The notes beneath the pieces are model-generated. The model was not told the DNA's origin. It saw nothing but the letters and a program-made list of their open reading frames with translations, and did no database searches. A program made the translations under genes and the position numbers. Below are positions 1 through 57,660 of a stretch of DNA of 64,000 nucleotides, in pieces; the first letter of the stretch is position 1; every line of letters begins with the position of its first letter. Source of the DNA: Octopus vulgaris (lineage: Eukaryota); assembly GCA_951406725.2 (NCBI GenBank), contig OX597817.1, positions 12,958,001 through 13,022,000 on the forward strand. The letters are read 5' to 3'.

Positions 1-149
1 ATTCAAGATGTAAGAAAATGAGAGGGAAAAAGGGAAAAGGAGAGAGAGAGAGAGAGAGAGAGAGATGTTGTAACTACAAAGTGAAACCTGATCTTCCAAT
101 GAATGGCTATAATGATTATACACAGCACACTTTTTATACTGAGTGTATA

Positions 150-551
150 GGCACAGGAGTGGCTGTGTTGTAAGTAGCTTGCTAACCTACCACATGGTTG
201 CGGGTTCAGTCCCACTGCGTGGCATCTTGGGCAAGTGTCTTCTGCTATAGCCCCGGGCCGACCAATGCCTTGTGAGTGGATTTGGTAGACGGAAACTGAA
301 AGAAGCCTGTCGTATATATCTATATATATATATGTGTGTGTGTTTGTGTTTGTGTGTCTGTGTTTGTCCCCCTAGCATTGCTTGACAACCGATGCTGGTG
401 TGTTTACGTCCCCGTCACTTAGCAGTTCGGCAAAAGAGACCAATAGAATAAGTACTGGGCTTACAAAGAATAAGTCCCGGGGTCGATTTGCTCGACTAAA
501 AGGCGGTGATCCAGCATGGCCGCAGTCAAATGACTGAAACAAGGAAAAGAG
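150..551 (+). mobile_element. SINE family A (tRNA-like head, internal (TA)n(TG)n, GTAAAAGA tail)
   Basis: Pol III A/B-box-like TGGCTGTGTGG and GGTTCAGTCCC; eight near-full copies in the window. Confidence 0.85.
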
Positions 552-745
552 ATGCTAGTGGACAACCTATAGACAGAGGAAATGACAGTAACATCATTTC
601 CCATAGCTCAGCACAAATGTAAACACACACACATGATGGGCTTCTTCAGTTTTTATCTACCAAATCCACTCACAAGGATTTTGTCAACCCAGGACTGCAG
701 TACAGTGGGACTGAACCCAAAACCACATGGTCAGGAAGGGAAAAG

Positions 746-1370
746 TGTGAGTGAGTGAGTGAGTGAGTGAGTGAGTGAGTGAGTGAGTGAGTGAGTGAGT
801 GAGTGAGTGAGTGAATGAGTGAGTGAGTGAGTGAGGAGTGAGGAGTGAGTGAGTGAGTGAGGAGTGAGTGAGTGAGTGAGTGAGGAGTGATTGATTGAGT
901 GAGTGAGTGAGTGAGTGAGTGAGGAGTGAGTGAGTGAGTGAGGAGTGAGGAGTGAGTGAGTGAGTGAGTGAGTGAGTGAGTGAGGAGTGAGGAGTGAGTG
1001 AGTGAGTGAGTGAGTGAGTGAGTGAGTGAGTGAGGAGGAGTGAGTGAGTGAGTGAGTGAGGAGTGAGTGAGTGAGTGAGGAGTGAGTGAGTGAGGAGTGA
1101 GTGAGTGAGTGAGTGAGTGAGAGAGAGAGAGAGAGTGAGTGAGTGAGTGAGTGAGTGAATGAGTGAGTGAGTGAGTAAGTGAGGAGTGAGGAGTGAGTGA
1201 GTGAGTGAGTGAGTGAGTGAGTGAGTGAGTGAGTGAGTGAGTGAGTGAGTGAGTGAGTGAGTGAGTAAGTGAGGAGTGAGTGAGTGAGTGAGTGAGTGAG
1301 TGAGTGAGTGAGTGAGTGAGTGAGTGAGTGAGTGAGTGAGTGAGAGAGAGAGAGAGAGAGGGAGAGAGAG
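746..1370 (+). repeat. (GAGT)n microsatellite of about 600 bp with GAG interruptions, ending in (GA)n
   Basis: Directly visible. Confidence 0.97.
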
Positions 1371-1589
1371 ATCATCATCAGCATTTAACATCTGTTTTCC
1401 ATGCTGGCATTAATTGGACTGTTTGATAGGATCCAACAAATCTTAAGACCATGTTATGTTCCCATATCTATTTTGTCGTGGTTTCTACAGCTGGATGCCC
1501 TTCTTAACACCAATCCCTTCACAGAGTATAATGGGTATTTTTTGTTGCACCAGCACTACCGAGGTTGTCTTGCAATTTACAATACTATA

Positions 1590-1998
1590 GGCGCAGGAGT
1601 GGCTGTGTGGTAAGTAGCTTGCTAACCAACCACATGGTTCCGGGTTCAGTCCCACTGCATGGAACCTTGGGCAAGTGTCTTCTGCTATAGCCCCGAGCCA
1701 ACCAATGCCTTGTGAGTGGATTTGGTAGACGGAAACTGAAAGAAGCCTGTCGTATATATGTATATATATATAAGTGTGTGTGAATATGTTTGTGTGTGTG
1801 TGTTTGTCCCCCTAGCATTGCTTGACAACCGATGCTGGTGTGTTTACGTCCCCGTCACTTAGCAGTTCGGCAAAAGAGACCGATAGAATAAGTACTGGGC
1901 TTACAAAGAATAAGTCCCGGGGTCGATTTGCTCGACTAAAGGCGGTGCTCCAGCATGGCCGCAGTCAAATGACTGAAACAAGTAAAAAGAGTAAAAAA
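1590..1998 (+). mobile_element. SINE family A
   Basis: Near-identical to 150-551. Confidence 0.87.
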
Positions 1999-2691
1999 AA
2001 GAGACTAAGAGCCTAGAGGGGCTCCTGTAAGTGAAAAAGAACAGAGAGCTTCCATCTGTATTATGCCTTTATGGCGAATGTAATGAAATAAAGAACAGAG
2101 AGAGTGCATGATTTTAGGTAGGGTGATAAAAGAGGGTACAATATGAAGAGAGAAACATTGACAGTTGTGAGAGGGTGTAGTAGGGAGAGTAGCAAGGTAG
2201 ACTATTGGGGGAAGGAGATTGGATAGGGAAGAGGAGAGGGAAGGGGATAATGCCAGGGATTAGTGAGAAAGGGAGGACAGAATGCTAAAGGAAATAAGGT
2301 GGATTGGGTAAGAGTTTCCAGGACTAACTCCCATTATAAGGGCAAATATGAATGGAGAGCATGAGAGAAAGGAAACATGGAGGAGAGAGTTTGGGTAAGG
2401 TTCTGGAGAGAGAAATTGAAGAAAATTAAGGTGTTGGGGGTCATGGTAGGGTAGGTCAGAGACAGAGGGATGAGAAAGCGTTGAGATGGCAGAGAAGTTG
2501 TGGAGAGAGGTCAATGAAAGAAAACAAGATGGAGAGCAGGGAGGAGCAGTGAGTGAGCAGGGATGGAAAGAGAGGTTGGAGGATATCATAGTAGTAAGGG
2601 CAAGTATAGTGTAAATGAGGAGAAAGTATCCCAAGTGGGGGAGGCTGTGGGGGCAGACACCGAGAGAAAAAGGAAAAGGGAAGCAGTGGAT

Positions 2692-2990
2692 TCATCATCA
2701 TCATCATCATCGTTTAACGTCCGTTCTCCATGCTAGCATGGGTTGGACGGTTCGTCCGGGGATATGGGAAGCCAGGGGGCTGCACCAGGCTCCAGTTTTA
2801 TCTGGCAATGTTTCTACAGCTGGATGCCCTTCCTAACGCCAACCACTCCGTGAGTGTAGTGGGTGCTTTTTACGTGCCACCCACACAGGTGCCAGATGGG
2901 GCTGGCAAACGGCCACGGACAGATGGTGCTTTTTACGTGCCACCGGCACAGGGGCCAGTCGGGGCAGGCAACGGACACGGTCGGGTGGTG
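2692..2990 (-). mobile_element. Retroposon family B ((GAT)n tail; probable RTE 3' UTR or RTE-derived SINE)
   Basis: CCATGCTAGCATGG palindrome next to the (GAT)n tail; GGTGGCACGTAAAAAGCACC sub-repeats; many copies. Confidence 0.8.
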
Positions 2991-3367
2991 CAAGGGTGAA
3001 GGGCAACTTAGAGAAAGGAGAGAATAGAAGAGGAATACAGAATTAGAGCAACAAGATATGAAGAGGATGGAGGGAAGGGGAACCAACAGAGGTGGAGTGG
3101 GAGCAGAGGACAAAAGCATCCCAGGCTGGGAGGGAGAGGAGATGAGACAGAGAGTGAAGGAGAGACAGGAAAGGTGCATTGGATGAATTGCAGCAAGAGC
3201 ATCCCAGTCTTCAATACTGCCCTTGTTAACATTCTTTCTGTCATGCTTACCCAGAAGAGCAGGTTTTGTTCCTCTACCTGCTTGCCATGCAAGTGTGCAT
3301 GCATGTGTGTGTGCGTGTGTGTGCATATGCAAATAGACATCAGATACATACATATACTTTTGTTATG

Positions 3368-3775
3368 GTGCAGGAGTGGCTGTGTGGTAAGTAGCTTGCT
3401 AACCAACCACATGGTTCCGGGTTCAGTCCCACTGTGTGGCACCTTGGGCAAGTGTCTTCTACTATAGCCTCGGGCTGACCAAAGCATTGCAAGTGGATTT
3501 GGTAGACGGAAACTGAAAGAAGCCCGTCGTATATATGTATATATATATATGCGTGTGTGTGTTTGTGTGTCTGTTTTTGTCCCCCTAGTATTGCTTGACA
3601 ACCGATGCTGGTATGTTTATGTCCCCGTTACTTAGCGGTTCGGCAAAAAAGAGACCGATAGAATAAGTACTGGGCTTACAAAAGAATAAGTCCCGGGGTC
3701 GATTTGCTCGACTAAAGGCGGTGCTCCAACATGGCCGCAGTCAAATGACTGAAACAAGTAAAAGAGTAAAAGAGA
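3368..3775 (+). mobile_element. SINE family A
   Basis: Near-identical to other A copies. Confidence 0.87.
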
Positions 3776-3789
3776 GTATACTTCATTTT

Positions 3790-4077
3790 TGGCCCAGCTA
3801 TAGAAAACAGGCCAAAATGAAACACCTCTGAGCCTGGTCCTCCCAACAGTTGAGGTGGCCGTTCAAGAATTCGGACCTGGAGATATTCATTTCCAGCAAC
3901 TTCAAGGGCCACCTTCCAGTGGTGTCAGGCGTCAATGAAGAGCCCTCGACTACAACAAAACGACCAAAGTTTTTTTTTTTCATGGTCTGGGGTCTCCCGT
4001 CCCTAAGCCCTAGACCATCACCTAATCACCCTTACCCGTCTTGTTGCTTAACAACAACAGCAACAACAACAACAACA
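3790..4077 (+). mobile_element. Interspersed repeat F, probable non-LTR 3' end with (AAC)n tail
   Basis: A shorter second copy at about 18692-18904 has the same 3' end. Confidence 0.6.
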
Positions 4078-4625
4078 GTTGAGGTAGACACTAATTGCTG
4101 AGTAGAACTGGTTAAGACCATGAAGACCTGTCCATCATGTCAGCATGGAGAATTGACATAAAATTATGGTGAAAGTGATGCTTAGAAACAAACTCTAACA
4201 AAATTTTACTTATACAGTCATTGTAACACAACAATGATGTACACTAGCTTAAATTATTGACTGACACAAAGCCATAAAGAAAACTTATTGATTTGTGTAG
4301 ACAATCAGAGCCTGATTGTTTGCATTTGATCTCCTAGAAATAGCAGCCAAATCTTTTTTAAATCACAGCCTAACAACTTGAGAGATAAACTATACTTGAA
4401 AGAAAAAGAAAACAGGATGATAATAGCAGGAACATTTTTAATTATAATTCTTCTCTATCAACACTGATTAAGGTATAAACAGCAACTAATGATCTGGACA
4501 TCATGCTATGACAAGCAGTCAGTGTATGTGGAATCTACAAGACTGTTCTTTTATAATTACTGTTTTTGGTGGGGGGTCAAATAAAAGCTTATACTTTGAA
4601 TTACTTTTGATGCTAAATTTCTTAC

Positions 4626-49186
<44,561 letters not shown>

Positions 49187-49440
49187 CTGAAAAAAAAAAT
49201 GAAAAAATGTTTCACAAGATAAGGTATAAAAAGTACGATTAACAATCAATAGTCAATGTATTATGTATTTGTATAAATATTACTTTCTTTGGTACTTTGG
49301 TAGATAAATCAATTGTAAATTTTATTCTCCTGGAAATTGATTTTGCTTTTCATTCCTCTAAACATGATTTGATCAATAAGTACTAGTAATATATTTGGGT
49401 TATGATAAAAATGAAAATAAGATTCAAGGGATGCTTACAG

Positions 49441-50699
49441 TTGACTTTGAGTAAAAGGCAATGAATGGCAATGATAGAGGAAGCCTCTATCATCCTTGCT
49501 GTATCTTACCCCTCAGGTCCTGAACTAATCATTAGGCCTAGCCCTTCTGTCCTAAAGCATTGGTCCTCTGGAATTCTCCCTCTACTCATATTTTTACCCA
49601 CCAGGTGTTTACTTGCAATGGTCTTTAACCCTTGCAAGTTTCACCAGTCTCAAAGGGCCTATAAAGGTCATGGGAACTGCTCCTTCTTCCTGATTCAGTA
49701 AGTTGGAAAAAATGCAAGTCAGTGTTTAGTTATATCCTTCTATATTCCAAGCTTAAAATCACCACAACGTTGACTTTTATTTTTAAAACCTCAGAAAAGA
49801 AAATAACAAAATTTGGATATATTTTTAACATTCTCTCTCTCATTACTTTTTCCTTTAAATCCAATGAAAAAGATAAATCATTTTTAATAGCAACCTTCAA
49901 GTAGTAAGATACTCAAAGGCATGAGACAAGGTCTTAGTAATTGAGTGTTCTTTTAAAGATAACAAAGAGATAATTTTTAAAATATTTCATATGTTTTAAA
50001 CTAATCTTCAATAACTTTTCTCTGATAATATTTAATCTCACATACGAAATAATCTCTAGTAATTAATATCTGGTTTTTAATACTCATTAGCTGTTAACAT
50101 CCAGCCTCAAAATCATTTAATCTCATGGAAGACTTCAAACTAAAATTTGTAAACTACCTCAAAATACACCATGCAGTTTGAGATAGCTTACAGCTCTAAG
50201 TTTGAATTCTTTCATATGAGACCAAATGATTTTGATATTAGATGTAAAATGATAACCTTTGAGAATTAGATATTAGATATTTCCAGCAAATTTGGTGCTC
50301 TATCACTGGGCCATTTCTCTTTCTGTTATTTTTGACTTTGAGTAAAAGGCAATGAATGACAATGATAGGGGAAGCCTCTATCATCCTTGCTGTGTCTTAC
50401 CCATCAGGTCCTGAACTAATCATTAGGCTTCGCCCTTCTGTCCTAAAACATTGGTCCTCTGGAATTCTCTCTCTCTGCTCATATTTTTACCCACCAGGTG
50501 TTTACTTGCAATGGTCCCTCTTTAACCATTGCAAGTTTCACCAGTCTCAAAGAGCCTATAAAGGTCATGGGTACTGCTCCTTCTTCCTTATTCAGTAAGT
50601 TGAAAAAAATGCAAGTCAGTGTTTAGTTATATCCTTCTATATTCAAAGTTTAAAATCACCACAACGTTGACTTTTTCTTTTTAAAAACTCAGAAAAAGA
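49441..50699. repeat. Direct duplication of about 365 bp (49441-49800 and 50332-50699)
   Basis: Two highly similar copies with starts about 890 bp apart. Confidence 0.92.
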
Positions 50700-50834
50700 T
50701 CAAGAGATAGAATATCAATGCATGATTTAAGCTGACAGTCTGACGGTTCATCCATTTTGTCATTTCCAATCTCCTTGTTTACAATGTAGGAAATCATTAG
50801 AGCTATGAAACAAGCTGCTAATTATTTCCCACAT

Positions 50835-51255
50835 ATGCCAGCGCCGCCCCGACTGGCTTCTGTGCCAGTGGCACATAAAAAGCACCGTCCGAATGTGGCC
50901 GATGCCAGCGCTGCATCGACTGGCTCCAGTGCCGGTGGCACATAAAAAAGCACCATCCGAACGTGGCCGTTGCCAGCACCGCCTTGGCTGGCTTCCGTGC
51001 CGGTGGCACGTTAAAAGCACCAACCGATCGTGGCCAACGCCAGACCCCCCTGGCACCTGTGCGGGTGGCACGTAAAAAGCACCCACTACACTCACAGAGT
51101 GGTTGGCGTTAGGAAAGGCATCCAGCCATAGAAACACTGCCAGATCAGACTGGGCCTGATGCAGCCTTCTGGCTTCACAGACCCCAGTTGAACCGTCCAA
51201 CCCATGCTAGCATGGAAGGCGGACGCTAAATGATGATGATGATGATGATGATGAT
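50835..51255 (+). mobile_element. Retroposon family B
   Basis: Four sub-repeats and (GAT)n tail; a shorter copy at 51962-52138. Confidence 0.82.
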
Positions 51256-52149
51256 AGATGCTGCAAAATCTTCTGCCTCTACCAAATCCAGTCCTCAGTT
51301 TTCCTAAGTACCATAACAAATGAGGTTCTTAAAGTAATTCTGAATACCTGAGCCCTTATCAAATTTCTCAAGAAACCATCTTAGTAGCATACAGCAAATT
51401 ATCTAAACTTATAGACACTACCAATATGACTTTTAATCTTTCAGATGTCATCATTACCATCTGGAAGCAATTGATATACTTGGAAATCTATAGAATAACT
51501 AAGTGTTAATTGAATAATTTAAAGTATGTAGGTTATCAGTTAATAAGTCAATTAATCCCAAAGCATTGTCTTTTAAAGACACGTGCAGAAATTAACTTGA
51601 TTGTAAATAAATATCTCTCCATGCTAATATGATAAACAATACTATCTTGTGAAGGAAATAGTTATGTGCTTTTATTAAAGACCGAGCTAAACAATAAATC
51701 TAACTACAAACCCTACCCATCTAATGTACTTACTGTTAACAACTCATATAATAATTTGACAGCTATTTTTCAGTTAACTTAGCTTTAAAGAAACTGTTGC
51801 AAGTTGTGACATGCTGTACAATCTGTGTGATAAAGTGTTTTAGTCAATTTATTTCTTTAAATGATTATTTTTTTATATCAGTTGCTGGTAACATCTACAG
51901 TATGAGTCAAAAGGTCTATGGCTTCAGCCTGATACACACAAGAATTTATTTGCATTTATGTACCCACTACACTCATGGAGTGGTTGGCGTTAGGAAGGGC
52001 ATCCAGCTGTAGAAACACTGCCAGATAAGACTGGAGCCTGGTGCAGCCTTCTGGCTTCCCAGATCCCCGGTCGAACCGTCCAACCCATGCTAGCATGGAG
52101 AACGGACGTTAAACGACGATGATGATGATGATGATGATGTAGAGGTAAA

Positions 52150-52522
52150 TCTTTATATATAAAAGTAAGGTTGTGTGCTGTCTGTCTCCTACGATTTAGA
52201 TTCCTAGCTACTCCCACATTTTGCGGTGCAGTTTAACCAAAACCGGGTATCTTATAGTCGTGATTCATATCGAGCTCTTCTGGGTATTAAAAAAAATTTA
52301 CCATCAATTTTTCCCATCTTTAATGCATTTTTGGCTACATATATAAGGGAAGTAACTCTCTAAAAATTTATTATTAAATCTCAGAACGTAAAAAGCTACA
52401 GTAACACCCCACCCCACTTTGTGGTTAGCCATATTGAGATGGCTATTATACTTTACATCTCTAAAAATGCTTATATAGTTATTTCCCTTACAAACCCGAG
52501 CAACACCGGGCAATACTGCTAG
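52150..52522 (+). mobile_element. Non-autonomous Helitron family D
   Basis: A^TC...hairpin...CTAG^T. Confidence 0.85.
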
Positions 52523-53704
52523 TTGCTTTATATTTTTTGAAGCTGTTTACTCAACGTATATCAGCACTATGTCTTGAAACAAAAGAAAATCATACATAAA
52601 ATGTATGGAAACGAACCAAAACTTCTCAAAAGTTATTCTTTAGATATGAGATTATCCTACTCAATAGTTTATAAACACTGATAAAATAAAGTGATGTAAA
52701 TAATTTCCTTGATTCCATACTCTCATCTCATTTAAGACAAAGAATAAAGAGTTACATAACTATTTCCTAACATTTATTGACCCTAGAATTATACATCTGC
52801 GCACACACTCATACACATACATAACAATGGAATGTATTCTTATCCCAACAACAAACATAAAATAATTCATCTCTAACATCATAATAATATATACTTATCC
52901 AGTGATATTTATCAAACACACTATTTATGTTACAATATTATTATTATAAATTGTAGTCTTCATACAACTATAACAATAGACATTTCATTTACATTCAAAA
53001 AAGGAAAACATATTTGAAGGTGTTACATTGATATGTGTGTATACATGTGAAGGTAGGTATGTATACACGTGTGTGTAGATGCAAGGACACATACACACAC
53101 ACATCCACATACACATGTATCTACATACACACACACACAAACACAGATGTATTTGAATAAATGTTACAAACAGCCTGCAGGCTTTTATCTATCTGCAACA
53201 TAAACCAAGTTGAAGAAACTGTGCCATTATTTTTGTCATGTGAGGGGAGAAAAATAATTGCTATCCCGTTTCTTTTTCATTAATAAAGGTAACTTATATA
53301 AGATAAAAAAGACAAGGTGAAGAAAAAAATAGGACTAGTGCTCAACATCACCTGTGACAGACAAAGAAGTTGTTCTGTTGCTTTGTTCATTTGTCATTGC
53401 GACTGTTGACACCTCTCACTTGAGACCTCTTTTTATATATTTTGGCATTAAAAAAAGTACTCATACTTTTATGGTACTAAGCCTAACTGCAGTTACTGAA
53501 AGGCCTGAATGTGGAGCAGTAAAAGAGAGAATTGCTAGGTGTAAGTGACAGAGGTATAGCACAAGACCAATTTCGGGTCCTGGTTTTCAAAAAGATGCTC
53601 CATATGCCTGCAAAAAGGCAACTAAAAGAGAAGGCAATACAAAGGGCATCCAACCATAAAATACTGCTTCAGAAAACCAGACAAACATGAACCAGCAAGG
53701 AATA

Positions 53705-54007
53705 TCTTTATATATAAAAGTGAAGTTGTGTGAGTGTCTGTCTCCTACGATTTAGATTCCTAACTACTCCCACATTTTGCGGTGCAGTTTAACCAAAAGC
53801 AGGTATCTTATAGTCGTGATTCATATCGAGCCCTTCTGGGTATTAGCACACATCTACGATGAGTCTACGATTTAAAAGAAATTTACCATCATTTTTCCAC
53901 ATTTTTAATGCATCTTTTTTGCTATTATGTAAGGGAAGTAACTCTCTAAAAATGCTTATATAGTTATTTCCCTTACAAACCCGAGCAACGCCGGGCGATA
54001 CTGCTAG
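53705..54007 (+). mobile_element. Non-autonomous Helitron family D, short variant
   Basis: A^TC...CCCGAGCAACGCCGGG...CTAG^T. Confidence 0.85.
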
Positions 54008-54521
54008 TCTGATATAAAATTATAAATAAATGACACTGGCACAGGGTCACAAATTTGGGGGTGGGGAGAGGGTGCTTTTGTTATCAGTCCCAAAGAGCAA
54101 TAAAAGTTAAAGTTGCACGCAGTGGGATTTTAACTGGAAACATAGAGGTAATTAATTAAATAAGAACCCAACGCTCTTTAGGCTAACACTGTACAGGCTC
54201 CACCAATCACCACACTCATTAAGATAAATAATGACTAAAATTACATAACTGAAGAAGTACACAACATAGCAATGAAGTACAGGTTGTTAGGTTTATGGTC
54301 ATTAGGTCATGGTTTCAATTTTCAGACTGGGCAGTGTTTAATAAAGCACTTCATTTCACGTTGCTTTAATTCACTCAGCTGAATGTGAGCACTAGCATCA
54401 GCTGGGTGAGGTTAGCACTGAAACAGACAAGCAGTCCCATTCAGAGAAGCATTTTGAAGTCTGAATTGCTTAAATACCATGGGAAGTTGAATAGGTGTGA
54501 GACAGCCTTTAACGTTTTATA

Positions 54522-54740
54522 TAGAGGGGGCGGTGTAAAGTTCCTGGCTTTAAGGGCATCATGAAAGGCCTGGCTGGAGGCCCAGCCTTCCAAGTTCTTT
54601 TACAGGGCTTAGAAAAACTCAAGGACCACTGCAATAAGTGTAAGAATCTGAGAGGAGAATATGGTGAATAAAATCCTAATTAACTGATCCACCTGTATTC
54701 TCTTTTACCCAAAACCAGGACCTTTTCAGCATCCCTTTGT
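54522..54740. mobile_element. mariner-type MITE
   Basis: Imperfect TIRs GAGGGGGCGGTGTAAAGTTCCTGG / CCAGGACCTTTTCAGCATCCCTT; related fragment at ~32560-32752. Confidence 0.7.
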
Positions 54741-54774
54741 GTGTGTGTGTGTGTGTGTGTGTGTACATACATAC

Positions 54775-54805
<31 letters not shown>

Positions 54806-55124
54806 ATTACCTTATAAAAATAATGATTTCTAACAAAGCCACAATTTTTTTATACAGATATATATTCATCATCATTATCATCCTCATCATCATCATTTAA
54901 GATTCATCTTCCATGCAGGCATGGGCTACATGACTTGACAGGGGCTGGTGCACCAGAGGACTGTGCCAAGATCTACTGTCTGTTTTGTCATGGTTTTTAT
55001 GGATGGATGCCCTTCCTAATGCCAACCACTTTACAGAGTGGACTGGGTGCTATAAGGATTCATTCATAATCAAGGTACCTCAACATGTAAGATGCCAGAA
55101 AATGGCTAGGTATAATCGCATACA

Positions 55125-55904
55125 AGGCGGTGAGCTGGCAGAAACGTTAGCACGCCGGGTGAAATGCTTAGCGGTATTTCGTCTGCGTTACGTTGTGAGT
55201 TCAAATTCCGCCGAGGTCGACTTTGCCTTTCATCCTTTCGGGGTCGATAAATTAAGTACCAGTTACGCACTGGGGTCGATGTAATCGACTTAATACCTAT
55301 GTCTGTCCTTGTTTGTCCCCTCTGTGTTTAGCCCCTTGTGGGTAGTAAAGAAATAGGTATTTCGTCTGCGTTACGTTGTGAGTTCAAATTCCGCCGAGGT
55401 CGACTTTGCCTTTCATCCTTTCGGGGTCGATAAATTAAGTACCAGTTACGCACTGGGGTCGATGTAATCGACTTAATACCTATGTCTGTCCTTGTTTGTC
55501 CCCTCTGTGTTTAGCCCCTTGTGGGTAATAAAGAAATAGGTATTTCGTCTGCGTTACGTTGTGAGTTCAAATTCCGCCGAGGTCGACTTTGCCTTTCATC
55601 CTTTCGGGGTCGATAAATTAAGTACCAGTTACGCACTGGGGTCGATGTAATCGACTTAATACCTATGTCTGTCCTTGTTTGTCCCCTCTGTGTTTAGCCC
55701 CTTGTGGGTAATAAAGAAATAGGTATTTCGTCTGCGTTACGTTGTGAGTTCAAATTCTGCCGAGGTCGACTTTGCCTTTCATCCTTTCGGGGTCGATAAA
55801 TTAAGTACCAGTTACGCACTGGGGTCGATGTAATCGACTTAATACCTATGTCTGTCCTTGTTTGTCCCCTCTGTGTTTAGCCCCTTGTGGGTAATAAAGA
55901 AATA
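55125..55904 (+). repeat. SINE family C insertion expanded into 4 x 183-bp tandem units
   Basis: Units start at 55173, 55356, 55539 and 55722; one 5' head; 18-bp TSD around the whole array. Confidence 0.95.
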
Positions 55905-56146
55905 GGTATAATCACATACAGCTGACAGTGAAATAATATAACATTTCAGACATCAAATGCTGACAGGATATTGTAGTTATGTAAATACCAAATCCAATTA
56001 ATAACCAATGACCTAACTCACTGATGGATCCTTAGTGTGGTGTAAGTATAAAATTACATCGACCCCAGTGTTTCACTGGTACTTAATTGATCAATCCCGA
56101 AAGGATGAAAGGCCAAGTCAACCTCAGCAGAATTTGAACTCAGAAC

Positions 56147-56397
56147 GTCATCATCATCATCATTGTTCGACCGTGGTCGAGACAATGGAATTTACCATGC
56201 TACGCCAGACTTCACGGTCCATCATGGCATTACGGAGGTCCTGTTGCTGGATGCCTGTATCCCTGGAGATTACATCAGGGTAGGAGAGTGTGCGCCCTCT
56301 GGTATTGCGAGTAGATGGCTTCCAGAGGAGGAGAGTAGAAATTACCTCTTCTTCAGCTCTACAACAATGTCCAGCAAACTGGACTCTCCTACCTTTC
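56147..56397 (-). mobile_element. RTE-like LINE 3' end with (GAT)n tail, nested in an inverted SINE C
   Basis: RRVQFAGHCCR...LLLWKP...AMMDREVWR; TSD ACTCAGAAC (56138-56146 / 56398-56406). Confidence 0.83.
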
Positions 56398-56791
56398 ACT
56401 CAGAACATAGTGACAGATAAAATAATGCTAAGCATTTCACCCAGTGTGATAACAATTCTACCAGCTCACCACTTTACAGTGAGTAGTAATAATAACAGTA
56501 ATTATAACCATAGGGACAATGGATGCAAAAAAACAAATTATGGGTTAATTAGGTTTAAGTTTTATCTGTGAAATACAGTTGTTTTGAATTTTCTGCAGCA
56601 AATGGTCTACATTTGTGGTTGTAAAATGGAGGGCACTAGAAATGTGGTCTAGGGGCCAAGGGTGTGGCAGTCAGAAAAAGTTTAGGAATCGCTGATTTAA
56701 ATGGTGAATCAGAAAATAGCCCACTTAGTTCAACTAGTGTTGTTTCCCAGTTGAATGGTCTAGTAGAAGAGAAAGTAGGTGTGGCCTAAAT

Positions 56792-57038
56792 AAGGTGGTG
56801 AGCTGGCAGAAACGTTAGCACGCCGGGCGAAATGCTTAGCGGTATTTCGTCTGCGTTACGCTGTGAGTTCAAATTCCGCCGTGGTCGACTTTGCCTTTCA
56901 TCCTTTCGGGGTCGATAAATTAAGTACCAGTTACGCAAGTTACGCACTGGGGTCGATGTAATCGACTTAATACCTATGTCTGTCCTTGTTTGTCCCCTCT
57001 GTGTTTAGCCCCTTGTGGGTAATAAAAAAATAAAAAAA
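56792..57038 (+). mobile_element. SINE family C monomer
   Basis: Nearly identical to the array unit plus head; TSD TAGGTGTGG(C/T)CTAAA. Confidence 0.88.
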
Positions 57039-57387
57039 TAGGTGTGGTCTAAAACAGGCATATACACTCACACATGCATGTGCATGTATGAAGAACCATT
57101 TCTTGTCTCTGTGTTCATCTGACCTCCTATGTAACTAATGCTAGGACTTGACTGGTATAGGAGGATGAAAAGCAAAGACAACCTCAGAATGTTAAGCAGT
57201 GCAACTTAAACTGTTGTCACAATTCAACCCTAATGCAGTAAACCTGTGATTAAAAGCATTCTAGCTGTGACCAACTTGTCTCATATTCATACACAGTCTA
57301 CTTGGACAATGTAATTTTTTGTTTACATTGGCAGAGTATTATCTTGGAGAAATTTGGCTGCTATTGAAAGGAGGTTGAATGAGCACA

Positions 57388-57660
<273 letters not shown>

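Noticed and set aside
684-1391. Long ORFs (THSL repeats; also poly-I/Y/N at 22527-23285 and 42916-43371, and ERKK at 57354-57723)
   Set aside because: Stop-free translations of microsatellites, with no splice or domain evidence.
2010-2680. Purine-rich tract, possibly a very old retroelement ORF on the minus strand (FITLPKI-like); similar decayed tracts at ~21100-21550, 27300-28400 and 28880-29340
   Set aside because: Too degraded to classify by eye; needs a profile search.
49520-49650. Possible hammerhead ribozyme (minus-strand GAAAC-stem-GTA) in the duplicated 365-bp unit
   Set aside because: No correctly placed CUGANGA box with a convincing stem I or II.
51348-51390. Candidate first cubilin exon (MLLRWFLEKFDKGS + GT); a similar candidate at ~57684
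   Set aside because: Wrong phase or in-frame stop, and no signal-peptide character. The first exon is left unassigned.
55173-55904. CRISPR-like appearance of the 183-bp array and of family-B sub-repeats
   Set aside because: No unique spacers, no cas genes and a eukaryotic context; the units are SINE or LINE derived.
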